Shown: positions 1 through 9,792, numbered from the stretch's first letter. The stretch: 64,000 nt of DNA from an uncultured Muribaculaceae bacterium (GCA_947525975.1 CANNVE010000004.1:71278-135277), one strand, 5' to 3'. Notes: generated from the sequence alone by a model not told the origin. Program-made: numbers and translations.

Positions 1-118
1 CGCCCTCATAGACCGGAAATCTGTCATGACTTTTATTTTCGCCGCAGCTCACGCATATCAATGCCACAGCCGAAACAGCGCCGGTGAGTTTAAGGTTGTT
101 GAATTTAGATTTAAACAT
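1..118 (-). CDS. 5' part of a predicted lipoprotein gene (runs off the window edge)
   Basis: The minus strand from ATG at 118 reads MFKSKFNNLKLTGAVSAVALICVSCGENKSHDRFPVYEG: a basic N-terminus, a hydrophobic stretch and the lipobox VSC. It is too short to assign a product. Confidence 0.6.
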   Translation of the reverse strand, partial: MFKSKFNNLKLTGAVSAVALICVSCGENKSHDRFPVYEG

Positions 119-182
119 GGTTGATAAGATTAAATATCATGCGCGAAGCATTGCATTACAACAATCGGGGCTGACATTTTGT

Positions 183-1598
183 TCACGCCTCCCCTGCCCT
201 CAGGCGCGTAACGTAATCATCGATCTGCTCCATGCGCCCGGGTATGTTGATCTCCTGTGGGCAATGGCTCAGGCATTCGCCGCATCCTATGCACCGCGAA
301 GCTTGCCTTTGGCGCGGCAGCTTGCGGTCATAGCCCACCAGGAATGCCTTGCGTGCCTTGGCGTAATTCGGGTCGCGGGCATCGCGCGGCACATTGTCGT
401 CATTGATGCACTTATTGTAGTGGGCGAAGATAGCGGGAATGTCAAGTCCATAGGGGCACGGCATGCAATATTTGCAGTCGGTGCATGGCACCAGATCGTT
501 CGACAGATATTCGAGCGCGCATCGGTGCAGAAAATCCAGTTCTTCGGCGTCGCACGCCATAAGCGGCGAATAAGTGCGCACATTGTCCTGAAGATGTTCC
601 ATGTAGGTCATGCCGCTGAGCACTGTGAGTATGCCTTCGGGCGTGCCGGCGAAGCGGAATGCCCATGACGCCACGCTGTCATCGGGCCTGCGCTGCTTGA
701 ACTTCGTCTTAATCGGGTCAGGCACTTTGGCGAGACGGCCACCGAGCAGCGGCTCCATTATCACAGCCGGAATGCCGCGCTTGCTCAATTCGCCGTATAG
801 ATATCGGGCGTCTACCGCATGCTTCGCCGGATCGTCATCCACGTTGCTGTTCCAGTCAATATAATTTAGCTGTATCTGCACAAAATCCCAATGGTATTTT
901 CCTTCGTCATGCCATCGCAGCATGGTGTCGAACACCTCTACATCGCCATGATACGAGAATCCGAGATTGCGTATGCGGCCCTCCGTCTTCTGCTCCACCA
1001 GATAGTCAAGAATGCCGTTGTCGATGAAACGCTTGTTGAAGTTGTCAATGCCGCCACCGCCTATGGCGTGCAGCAGCAGATAATCGATATAATCGGTCTG
1101 AAGATACTTCAGAGAATTCTCAAACATCTTTATCGATTCTTCTCTGGGCCATGTCTGAGGAGCGAAATTCGACAATTTCGTGGCAATGAAATATTTGTCT
1201 CTTGGATGCCTTGACAGGGCGATTCCCGTCGACTCTTCCGATTTGCCTTGGCAATACACAGGCGACGTATCATAGTAATTCACTCCATGCTCCATGGCAT
1301 AGTCCACAAGCTGATTGACCGCTTCCTGATCAATCACCTCTGTCTCGTTCACGCCGTCGACCTTCTTGATGGTGGGCAGGCGCATCATGCCGTAGCCAAG
1401 GATTGACACTTCATCGCCGGTATTGTGATTGGCGCGCAAAGTCATCTCGCCCGATCCGGCTTGTTGCTCTGTGGCTTGTCCGCCATCTACCTTCACTCCG
1501 CATGAAGCAGCCGCTCCAGCCAAAGCCGCGAGGCCAAGGCCTTTGAGGAAATCTCTGCGAGTGACTCCTTTCGATTCTGTCATATTGTCAGTGTGCAT
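183..1598 (-). CDS. Aldo/keto reductase with C-terminal 4Fe-4S dicluster and Tat-type signal
   Basis: N-terminal TRRDFLK twin-arginine motif; AKR core (LGYGMMRLP, NYYDTSPVY, IATKL, DYIDYLLLH); CTDCKYCMPCP and CIGCGECLSHCP Fe-S motifs. Confidence 0.88.
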   Translation of the reverse strand: MHTDNMTESKGVTRRDFLKGLGLAALAGAAASCGVKVDGGQATEQQAGSGEMTLRANHNTGDEVSILGYGMMRLPTIKKVDGVNETEVIDQEAVNQLVDYAMEHGVNYYDTSPVYCQGKSEESTGIALSRHPRDKYFIATKLSNFAPQTWPREESIKMFENSLKYLQTDYIDYLLLHAIGGGGIDNFNKRFIDNGILDYLVEQKTEGRIRNLGFSYHGDVEVFDTMLRWHDEGKYHWDFVQIQLNYIDWNSNVDDDPAKHAVDARYLYGELSKRGIPAVIMEPLLGGRLAKVPDPIKTKFKQRRPDDSVASWAFRFAGTPEGILTVLSGMTYMEHLQDNVRTYSPLMACDAEELDFLHRCALEYLSNDLVPCTDCKYCMPCPYGLDIPAIFAHYNKCINDDNVPRDARDPNYAKARKAFLVGYDRKLPRQRQASRCIGCGECLSHCPQEINIPGRMEQIDDYVTRLRAGEA

Positions 1599-1637
1599 AA
1601 TTGATAGTCTGTGATTTCGCCATGATCGAGGATGGCT

Positions 1638-2858
1638 TCAGCCGCACCTCTCCTCTATGAAACTGTCTTTAAATCCTATGAAATAGAGTATGCCGTCGAT
1701 GCCAATGGTCGAGATCGACTGCTTGGCGGTGGCCTTCACCTTCGGCTTGGCGTGGAATGCGATGCCAAGGCCTGCGGCGCTCAGCATCGGGAGGTCGTTG
1801 GCGCCGTCGCCTACGGCTATGGTCTGCGCTATGTTGATGTTTTCCACCTGGGCTATTATGCGCAGCAGCTCGGCTTTGCGCTTGCCGTCGACCACATCCC
1901 CAACATATCGGCCCGTGAGCTTGCTGTCACGCACCTCGAGCTCGTTGGCGTAGACGTAGTCAAATCCGTATTTGCGCTTAAGATATTCGCCGAAATAGGT
2001 GAATCCGCCCGAGAGGATGGCAGTCTTATATCCCGCCAGTTTGAGCACCTGCATCATGCGGCCTACGCCCTCGGTGATGGGCAGATGCTCGGCGATATCC
2101 TGCATCACGCTCACATCAAGCCCTTTGAGCAATGCTACCCTGCGCTTGAAGCTCTCGGTGAAGTCAATCTCTCCGCGCATGGCGCTTTCGGTGATGGCCT
2201 TGACTTCGTCGCCCACGCCTGCGCGCATGGCGAGTTCGTCAATCACCTCTGTCTCTATCAACGTAGAATCCATATCGAAGCAAACCATGCGACGGGTGCG
2301 ACGGAAGATTGTGTCTTCCTGCAGAGATACGTCAAAATCCTCGTCGGCCGAGATCTGCATGAAGCGCGACCTCATGCCCTCGAGATCTTCAGGAGTGCCG
2401 CGCACCGAAAATTCCACGCACGATTTCGACTTCGGCTCCTCGTCATCAAGTGGCTGGCGCCCGGTGAGGCGCTGTATGCTGTCGATGTTGAGCCCTTGCC
2501 TGGCTATCTCTTCCGATATCAAGGCTATGTTCCTTGCCGAAAGCTTGCGCCCGAGTATGGTGATAATCCAGCGGTTTTTGCCCTGGCGTCCCACCCATTC
2601 GTTGTATCCCTCTTCCGACACGGGCGAAAATCTTACGTTGACATTCATCTCCGTGGCCTTGAATAGGATCTCCTTCATCATATTGCCCGAGGAGCCGCTG
2701 TCAACTTTCACCAAAAATCCGAGCGAAAGCGTGTGGTGAATGTCAGCCTGGCCTATGTCAAGAATCCCGGCATCGTATCGAGCCAGGATTTCGGTCAAAG
2801 CGCTGGTGACGCCAGGGCGGTCAGCGCCTGATATGTTTATCAGTATTAACTCAAACAT
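1638..2858 (-). CDS. serB: Phosphoserine phosphatase with two ACT domains
   Basis: ACT-like GADRPGVT N-terminus; HAD motifs FDMDSTLI, LSGGF, GDGANDLPML. Confidence 0.95.
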   Translation of the reverse strand: MFELILINISGADRPGVTSALTEILARYDAGILDIGQADIHHTLSLGFLVKVDSGSSGNMMKEILFKATEMNVNVRFSPVSEEGYNEWVGRQGKNRWIITILGRKLSARNIALISEEIARQGLNIDSIQRLTGRQPLDDEEPKSKSCVEFSVRGTPEDLEGMRSRFMQISADEDFDVSLQEDTIFRRTRRMVCFDMDSTLIETEVIDELAMRAGVGDEVKAITESAMRGEIDFTESFKRRVALLKGLDVSVMQDIAEHLPITEGVGRMMQVLKLAGYKTAILSGGFTYFGEYLKRKYGFDYVYANELEVRDSKLTGRYVGDVVDGKRKAELLRIIAQVENINIAQTIAVGDGANDLPMLSAAGLGIAFHAKPKVKATAKQSISTIGIDGILYFIGFKDSFIEERCG

Positions 2859-2862
2859 TTCT

Positions 2863-4218
2863 TTATTTAACTAACACTTTCTTTTTATCGTAGAGATATA
2901 TTCCTGTAGATAAATTATTCAAATCGTCTTTATTTGCATCTTTTTTTATCAATTTACCGTTCAAATCGTAAATGACTTTTAAGGGAGAAACATCATCATC
3001 TTTTAATAGAAAATTCGCCCCTGCCCCCTTATGTACCACAATTCTACATTCTTTGATATATTTACGATTATAGTTATCTACAATCACATAACTTAAGGTT
3101 GTTTCACCTTCGGATAAACCGATTATTCTCCCTGAATCAAAATCTACAATATTGGGGTCTGAAACGGACCACGCCTCATTTACAATCTCTACATCCTCCT
3201 CTTTTAAAATTGTAGGATTTATTATGGCAATCTCATTTTGGGAAAGGATCAGTTCTTCAGTGTAATTAAGTATTTGCAAATTACCCATTTCTTTTATATT
3301 AACAAAGTTTTCCCATATTGGAGCTTTATTGTAATACTGTTTGCTATTTTTGGGCACAAAAACAACAACATCCAAAGGAACGTTTTCAAAAGCGTCTGAA
3401 GATAATACAGGTGGAGTACTAGAGTGTTCAAAAATATTCAACAGGGACGTGCAGTTACCAAATGCCTTACTTCCAATACTGTTAACATTTTGGGGAATTG
3501 TGATATCATTTAGTAAAATACACTCCTTAAAAGCGCCATTAGGTATCGTATATATTGAATCAGGCATATTAATATGTTCCAAAGATTCACAACTGGCAAA
3601 AGCATCTACCCCTATGTCCTTTAAATTATTAGGTATAGAAATTTGTTTTATATATCTACAGTTCTTGAATGCATAATCATGGATATTGGAAACAAATTCC
3701 GGTATATCAAAGATCGGGTCTGATATCGAGACACTATTATAGTGAAACTGGTCTTGTACATTATATGATTTATTATAGGCAGGAGGAGTTCTCACTAGTC
3801 CCTCTCCATTTTTCGTATACACTACACCACCTTCTGATCTATATATTGAATTACCATTATCAACTTTAATAAAGTTCAATGTTGTACACATATTAAAAAA
3901 ATCTTTTCCAATATATGTTATACTACTTGGAATTGTAATTTGTTCAATTCCTTCACAAGATTCATAAGCCCCGTCTGCAATACTAACCACAGTATATGTC
4001 GATGAATTTCCATAAACATCTTGAACCACAGTTGGTATTGAAAAATCATCAACATTTGTATTTAAACTAACCAATTCAACTGTATTTTTCTCCAAACTTA
4101 AAACTCTATACACCCCCTTATATCTCTGATTCTCGGTCTTAAAAGTATCACCCACTTTTATAGCAAATGTATAATTGAAATTATACAACATCACACAGAA
4201 TAATAATAATAATCTCAT
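2863..4218 (-). CDS. BspA-type leucine-rich-repeat surface protein with Ig-like domain and T9SS-type C-terminal domain
   Basis: Signal peptide; TpLRR repeats (IPxxxxxIGxxAFxxCxxL); Big_2-like WSVSDPNIV; C-terminal IYDLNGK...LSTGIYLYDKKKVLVK. The gene is visibly AT-rich compared with its flanks. Confidence 0.85.
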   Translation of the reverse strand: MRLLLLFCVMLYNFNYTFAIKVGDTFKTENQRYKGVYRVLSLEKNTVELVSLNTNVDDFSIPTVVQDVYGNSSTYTVVSIADGAYESCEGIEQITIPSSITYIGKDFFNMCTTLNFIKVDNGNSIYRSEGGVVYTKNGEGLVRTPPAYNKSYNVQDQFHYNSVSISDPIFDIPEFVSNIHDYAFKNCRYIKQISIPNNLKDIGVDAFASCESLEHINMPDSIYTIPNGAFKECILLNDITIPQNVNSIGSKAFGNCTSLLNIFEHSSTPPVLSSDAFENVPLDVVVFVPKNSKQYYNKAPIWENFVNIKEMGNLQILNYTEELILSQNEIAIINPTILKEEDVEIVNEAWSVSDPNIVDFDSGRIIGLSEGETTLSYVIVDNYNRKYIKECRIVVHKGAGANFLLKDDDVSPLKVIYDLNGKLIKKDANKDDLNNLSTGIYLYDKKKVLVK

Positions 4219-4369
4219 ATCAAGATGTTTCTAATAGGATGCCTGTTCAGCATATACATCTACTATTGTAGATAATAACTGAGAAACAGTTAAAACGGAC
4301 TTAATTGTAGTCTATATACAGTCCATTATTATGGCATTAATGTTTCATATTCAATTCATGTCAAAAAAT

Positions 4370-5062
4370 TCACTCAAGCACATATGGCATGATGCAATCG
4401 CGCCACTGCATATATCCGGGGCCAAGGAGGTGGAGGCCGTCGTTGGTGTATTCGCGTTTCAGATGACCATCAGAGTCGATGAACGAAGAGTAAAGGTCAA
4501 TCCACTTGAATCCCATCTCATCGGCCTTAGCCTTCACCTTATCATTGACATCGCGTATCTCCTGGTCGCGCCCGGTCATGCCCTTGTACATGCCGAATGA
4601 TATATTGATCGGAAGGCAACTCTGCACGTAGAGGCGCGTATCAGGCAACTCGGTGCGAATGCGGTCTATGAGTTTGAGGTAGGCAGTGGCTATCGAGTCG
4701 GCGCCAAGATCGTGGCTGATGTCGTTGACGCCTATCATGAGGAAGATTTTGGCAGGCTTGCCATTGATGATCGGGCCGAGCCTATCGTCGACGCCTTGTA
4801 TCACATCGCTCGAAATGCCGCGGTTCTTCACATTGGCTTTCCCCAGAAGCTCGTGCCATTCGCATCCGTTGGTCAGCGAATTGCCGAGCATGACGATGTC
4901 GCCGGTGTACACCGGAAGTGAATCGAAAAGCGACGCGCGCTGATAGTAAAACACCCCGTACTGGTATTTTTCAGGCTTTGGGTCAGCCTTTTTGACGGTT
5001 TTGGCCGAGGCGCCGCAAAGCGCCACGGCCATGACCGCCATAAGCATAAATATTCTTTTCAT
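4370..5062 (-). CDS. Secreted SGNH/GDSL-family esterase
   Basis: Signal peptide; blocks LGNSLT, NRGISSD, MIGVND, DGLHL. Confidence 0.88.
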   Translation of the reverse strand: MKRIFMLMAVMAVALCGASAKTVKKADPKPEKYQYGVFYYQRASLFDSLPVYTGDIVMLGNSLTNGCEWHELLGKANVKNRGISSDVIQGVDDRLGPIINGKPAKIFLMIGVNDISHDLGADSIATAYLKLIDRIRTELPDTRLYVQSCLPINISFGMYKGMTGRDQEIRDVNDKVKAKADEMGFKWIDLYSSFIDSDGHLKREYTNDGLHLLGPGYMQWRDCIMPYVLE

Positions 5063-5102
5063 TGATTGATTCTTACCTATGGATTGATATTTTTCGATAG
5101 AA

Positions 5103-5918
5103 TCACTTCATGTGTTCAGAAGCCACCTTCACCGACCCATGAAGCAAAAGCAGACGTTTTGCCTCCTCATAACTGAGCTTGCCCTGGCTCTCTTCCATAA
5201 GCATGCGGGTGCCGCGGTCCACGAGCTTAGCGTTGGTGAGCTGCATATTCACCATCTTATTGCCCTTAACCCTGCCAATGAGAATCATGGTCGAGGTCGT
5301 GATCATGTTGAGCACCATCTTCTGTGCTGTGCCTGACTTCATGCGCGAGCTGCCGGTCACGAATTCCGGGCCTACGATTGTCTCGATCGCGATTTCAGCG
5401 GCTGCGGAGATGGGCGCGTCCGGGTTTGAAGTGATCGAAGCAGTGAGTATGCCGTGCTTGCGGGCCTCTTCGAGTGCGCCTATCACGTAGGGGGTAGTGC
5501 CAGAGGCGGCGATGCCCACGAGAGTGTCCTTCTCGCAGATGCCAGCTTCGAGCAGGTCGCGCCAGCCTTGCATCTTGTCATCCTCAGCGTTCTCCACGGG
5601 GTGACGCAGGGCGTAGTCGCCGCCTGCTATCAGGCCCACCACCCACGAGGGGTCCATGCCGAATGTCGGGGGGATTTCCGAAGCGTCAAGCACGCCGAGG
5701 CGACCGGATGTGCCGGCTCCGATATAGAAGATGCGTCCCCCGCGCTTCATGCGGGCCACAATGCCCTCCACGAGCTGTGTGATCTGTGGGATGGCCTTTT
5801 CTACAGCCTCAGCCACCTTTTTGTCTTCGTTGTTTATGAGGCGCAGCAGTTCGCCGGCGCTTTTCTGTTCGAGGTTATCATAGAGCGAATCCTGCTCGCT
5901 GATCTTTACGAATGCCAT
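5103..5918 (-). CDS. murQ: N-acetylmuramic acid 6-phosphate etherase
   Basis: SIS-fold motifs [49 protein letters not shown]. Confidence 0.95.
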   Translation of the reverse strand: MAFVKISEQDSLYDNLEQKSAGELLRLINNEDKKVAEAVEKAIPQITQLVEGIVARMKRGGRIFYIGAGTSGRLGVLDASEIPPTFGMDPSWVVGLIAGGDYALRHPVENAEDDKMQGWRDLLEAGICEKDTLVGIAASGTTPYVIGALEEARKHGILTASITSNPDAPISAAAEIAIETIVGPEFVTGSSRMKSGTAQKMVLNMITTSTMILIGRVKGNKMVNMQLTNAKLVDRGTRMLMEESQGKLSYEEAKRLLLLHGSVKVASEHMK

Positions 5919-6006
5919 TGGTCAAATGTTTACTTTGATAATAATATGTGGTTGCGGGCCTAAAAAGGCCCTGTTTCATTTTACAGCGGTTTTGAGATGC
6001 CTTAAA

Positions 6007-6885
6007 TCACCATACCTGGGTGTGGTACTGCAGGAGTCCCTCCATCGGGCTCTTGATCACGGCTCCCAATTCGTATCCGCATGAGGCTGCGGCCTGCGCC
6101 AGCTGACGGCGGTAATAGTGCGCGATCGAGCCTACGAAATTGATTGCGGGCATGCCGCCGGCCCGAAGGCCTTCATATGCCGAGATGTTGCGAATGAAGA
6201 ACTGGCGGAATGCCTCCACCACCATATCCTTGATTTCCGCCCGGTCGATATTCTCATTCAGGAATGGCGACACCGACGCGAGAAATTTGTTGGCGCCCGG
6301 CTTGCGGTATACGTTTTCTATGATCTTCATGCGGTCGAGACCGTATTGGTCGAGAAATTTCACGCAAAGATCAAGCGGAAGCTGATTCTTGAGCACATTG
6401 CCCACGAGCAGCTTGCCAAGCACGGCGCCGCTGCCTTCATCGCCGAGTATGTATCCCAGCGGTGACACATTCGACGTGATTCTCTCACCATCATAATAGC
6501 AGGAATTGGAGCCGGTGCCGAGGATGCAGGCTATGCCGGCCTCTCGCCCGCAAAGGGCGCGGGCAGCGGCGAGCAGGTCGGTGTCTACCTCTACCTTGGC
6601 ATTGGGCATGATAGCCTCAAGCGCACGGGCCACATTGCCGCACACCTCCGGCGAGATGCATCCCGCTCCGTAGAAATATGCGTTGTCTATCAATTGAGCG
6701 TATGGCGCGATCACCGGGGCCAACTCCGAGCCAAGCCTTTGGGCGATCTCGTCGGCAGTGAGCATGACGGCATTGAGGCCGGGGGTCTCGAAGCGTCTCT
6801 CGATCATTACTGTGCCGTTGTCGCCATCTCTCGTGATGAGGCACCAGTCTATTTTTGTGCTGCCGCAGTCTGCTATTAGTTTCAT
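6007..6885 (-). CDS. murK: BadF/BadG/BcrA/BcrD-family sugar kinase, probably MurNAc kinase (MurK-like)
   Basis: IADCGSTKIDW, FYGAGC, ILGTGSNS, GYILGDEGSG; directly upstream of murQ, as in the Tannerella forsythia murK-murQ arrangement. Confidence 0.78.
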   Translation of the reverse strand: MKLIADCGSTKIDWCLITRDGDNGTVMIERRFETPGLNAVMLTADEIAQRLGSELAPVIAPYAQLIDNAYFYGAGCISPEVCGNVARALEAIMPNAKVEVDTDLLAAARALCGREAGIACILGTGSNSCYYDGERITSNVSPLGYILGDEGSGAVLGKLLVGNVLKNQLPLDLCVKFLDQYGLDRMKIIENVYRKPGANKFLASVSPFLNENIDRAEIKDMVVEAFRQFFIRNISAYEGLRAGGMPAINFVGSIAHYYRRQLAQAAASCGYELGAVIKSPMEGLLQYHTQVW

Positions 6886-6911
6886 AAATCTGATGTTTAC
6901 ATTTCCGCCTA

Positions 6912-6919
6912 CAAAGTTA
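6912..6919 (-). promoter_or_regulatory. Bacteroidetes -7 promoter box for murK-murQ
   Basis: Minus strand TAACTTTG matches TAnnTTTG, ~27 nt upstream of the murK ATG. Confidence 0.65.
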
Positions 6920-6967
6920 ACGGAAAATATTTAAAAATAATTACTTTTTACAAAAAAACGCTCAACC

Positions 6968-9769
6968 TCAGTTCTTGCGTGGCCGGGTGGCCTTCTCCAC
7001 AAGATAGGCTATCGATTCGTAAGGCACGCCAGAATTGGTGGTGAGGCCGATCTCGCAGGTGCGGGAATTGCTGTATCCGCGCTTGACGCCTGCGGCTTCG
7101 ATCTGAGGACGGAGCTTGCGCAGGCCCCAAGTGTTAAGCTCGGGATGGGTGAATCCCTTGTCTCCGGCAAATCCGCAGCATCCCACCTCGGCCGGCACTA
7201 TCACTTTGCGGGCGCACTTCATGGCCAGGCCTATGATCTTGTCGGCGAGGCCCATCAGGCGTGTGGAGCAAGTGACATGCACCGACACAGTCTCGTCGAC
7301 GGGGGTGAAATCAAGATATGGAGCGAGAACATCGGCAATGAATTCAGCCGGCTCGTAGAGTTTCATCGATTTGATGTGCTGGCGCATGCGGTGCAAGCAT
7401 GGGCTTTGGTCGCAGAGCACAGGATATTTTCCTTTCTTCGATGCCTCGATTAGCGCCACTTCAAGCTGGGCTGTCTTCTCGTCGGCTATCTCAGGCATGC
7501 CCTTGCTCTCCCAGATCATGCCACAGCATAGACTCTGCATATTGTCAGGGAACACCACTTCAAAGCCGGCCCGATGGCAGAGCTCGACTATAGTCTCGAT
7601 CAAAGGTGCGGGAGCTTTTTTGCCATCCTTGACCGAGCGGCCCATCGTCTGGTTGATGCACGACGGAAAATAGACCACCTTGCCATTTGGATATGCGACA
7701 GCGTCGGTGCGCGCAGGTTCATATTTCTTCCTTGGCTCGGGCAGCGAAGCCGTCCATAATGGAGCACCTGCCTTGTGCAGGGCTTTGCCCACAGCGTCGA
7801 CGCCCTTGTCTCCAAGCACTTTGTGAGCAAGCGAAGCCATGCCGAGCACTCCTCGCAGGCCTCGCTCCATGCCAGCGAGGTGATTCGCGGCGTATCGCCC
7901 GGCCTTTTCTGCTGCCGAGCCGGGGGTGATGCCCTGCTCGCGCACCTTGTGAGTCAGGTCGGCGGTGTTGATGCCCATGGGGCATGACATGCTGCAAAGG
8001 CCGTCGGCGGCGCAAGTCTCTTCGCCGAGATACTTGTATTCCTTTTCAAGCAAAGCGAGACGTGCCGGATTCTCGCCTGTCTGCTTCAGTTGAGCTATCT
8101 CCCTGCGAGCCACTATGCGCTCTCGAGCCGACAGCGTGAAACCGCAGCTCATGCAGTTGACTTCGCAGAATCCGCATTCAATGCACTTGTCCACAATCGG
8201 GTCGGCAAGGGGCAGAGGCTTCAGGTCCTTGAGATAGCAATCAGGATCATCGTTGAATATGACACCGGGGTTGAGAAGATTGTCAGGGTCGAAAGCCTTC
8301 TTCACCCTTTTCATGATGCCGAAAGCCTTCTCTCCCCACTCTTTCTCTACGAAAGGCGCCATGTTGCGTCCGGTGCCGTGCTCCGCCTTAAGCGAGCCAT
8401 CATACTTGTCTACCACAAGATCCACCACGGCCTCTATCAGATGGCGGTATTTGGCTATGTCAGAATCGTTCTTGAACGCCTGGGCTATGATGAAATGATA
8501 ATTGCCCTCAAAGGCGTGGCCGTATATGCATGCGTCGTCATATCCCGATTCTTCGATGATGCGCACCATGTCTGCGGTGGCCTCAGGCAGCACGTCGATG
8601 GGGAATGCGATATCCTCTATCAGCGAGGTAGTGCCTGCGGGACGCGTGCCGCCAACGGTCGGGAAAATACCCGAACGCATTTTCCAAAGAGCGGCGATCT
8701 CCTGCGGGTCTGTTGTGAACGCCGCAGGCTTGAAAAGATCGAATTTGGCTATCATGGCCTCGATCTTGGCTATGTTGGCCTTCAGTTCATCAAGCGAGGA
8801 TGCCCGCGTCTCAATCAAGAGCGATGTAAGGCCTGCGCCTGTCTCATCATGCACCGATGCCAGGGATTTCTTGTCAAGCAGCTCACAGCTGTATACCTCG
8901 GGGGTGTTGGTTTTTAGCGCCACCACAGCGCGGCATGCGTCGTTTATCTCCGAGAAATACGCCATGCACGAAGCAGTGAATGGCAGCAGAGGCGTGGTCA
9001 TCATGGTGCATTCGCTCATGAAGCCGAGGGTGCCTTCTGATCCCACCATCAAGTGAGCCAATATGTCGCGCGGATCCTCGTAGGCCACAAATGGGCGCAG
9101 GTTGAGGCCCGTTACATTTTTTATGCTGTATTTGCGGGCAATGCGGTCAGTCAGCGCCCTGTCGGCGCGTATCTCGTCGCGTATCGATGCCAGAGTGTCG
9201 AGCAATTCCTTCTCGCGCCGCGATTCGCCGGGCTTGGCAGTGTCGATCACTGTGCCATCTGCGAGCACTATGCGCATCGACAGCATCATCTTGTCGCTGT
9301 TGGCGTGGGTGCCGCAATTCATGCCTGAAGCATTGTTTATGACAATGCCGCCCACCATGGCTGATTTTTTTGACGCGGGGTCGGGCGAGAATTGCTTTCC
9401 GTGCGGCGCGAGGATCTCATTGACTCTCGAGCCTATGATGCCTGGCTGCATTCTGATGGTCTTGGCATCTTTCCCAATTGAATAGTCCTCCCATCCTTTG
9501 CCTGCTACCATGAGCACAGAGTCTGTTATCGACTGGCCCGACAGGCTCGTGCCGGCTGCACGGAAAGTCACAGGCACTCCCATCTCGGTTGCCAATGACA
9601 ATACACGGGCCACTTCGGCCTCATTGCGCGGCATCACCACGGCCTTGGGTATCAGGCGGTAAAATCCCGCGTCGGTGCCCCAGGCCAGGCGCAATAATTC
9701 GCCGGTGAGGACTTTCTCCTTCGGGAGAAAGTCCTTTACTCGGCTCACAAAACCATCATAATCTATCAT
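6968..9769 (-). CDS. FAD-binding and Fe-S/CCG-domain oxidoreductase, Dld-II-type NAD-independent D-lactate dehydrogenase
   Basis: FRAAGTSLSGQ, LKAEHGTGRNM, CIECGFCEVNC, CAADGLCSMSCP and two CCG motifs; 933 aa, the architecture of Shewanella Dld-II. Confidence 0.82.
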   Translation of the reverse strand: MIDYDGFVSRVKDFLPKEKVLTGELLRLAWGTDAGFYRLIPKAVVMPRNEAEVARVLSLATEMGVPVTFRAAGTSLSGQSITDSVLMVAGKGWEDYSIGKDAKTIRMQPGIIGSRVNEILAPHGKQFSPDPASKKSAMVGGIVINNASGMNCGTHANSDKMMLSMRIVLADGTVIDTAKPGESRREKELLDTLASIRDEIRADRALTDRIARKYSIKNVTGLNLRPFVAYEDPRDILAHLMVGSEGTLGFMSECTMMTTPLLPFTASCMAYFSEINDACRAVVALKTNTPEVYSCELLDKKSLASVHDETGAGLTSLLIETRASSLDELKANIAKIEAMIAKFDLFKPAAFTTDPQEIAALWKMRSGIFPTVGGTRPAGTTSLIEDIAFPIDVLPEATADMVRIIEESGYDDACIYGHAFEGNYHFIIAQAFKNDSDIAKYRHLIEAVVDLVVDKYDGSLKAEHGTGRNMAPFVEKEWGEKAFGIMKRVKKAFDPDNLLNPGVIFNDDPDCYLKDLKPLPLADPIVDKCIECGFCEVNCMSCGFTLSARERIVARREIAQLKQTGENPARLALLEKEYKYLGEETCAADGLCSMSCPMGINTADLTHKVREQGITPGSAAEKAGRYAANHLAGMERGLRGVLGMASLAHKVLGDKGVDAVGKALHKAGAPLWTASLPEPRKKYEPARTDAVAYPNGKVVYFPSCINQTMGRSVKDGKKAPAPLIETIVELCHRAGFEVVFPDNMQSLCCGMIWESKGMPEIADEKTAQLEVALIEASKKGKYPVLCDQSPCLHRMRQHIKSMKLYEPAEFIADVLAPYLDFTPVDETVSVHVTCSTRLMGLADKIIGLAMKCARKVIVPAEVGCCGFAGDKGFTHPELNTWGLRKLRPQIEAAGVKRGYSNSRTCEIGLTTNSGVPYESIAYLVEKATRPRKN

Positions 9770-9792
9770 AACGGTCTCCTTTCGTAATTGAC

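Noticed and set aside
1632-2666. 344-aa plus-strand ORF
   Set aside because: Lies antisense to serB and has no motifs; a shadow frame typical of GC-rich coding DNA.
4201-4213. (TAA)n run in the LRR signal peptide as a phase-variation tract
   Set aside because: A short trinucleotide repeat encoding LLLL; slippage would keep the frame.
4240-4345. Possible CRISPR array around the Cas12a-like hairpin
   Set aside because: Only one repeat-like unit, no periodic repeats at ~60-70 nt, and no cas genes in the window.
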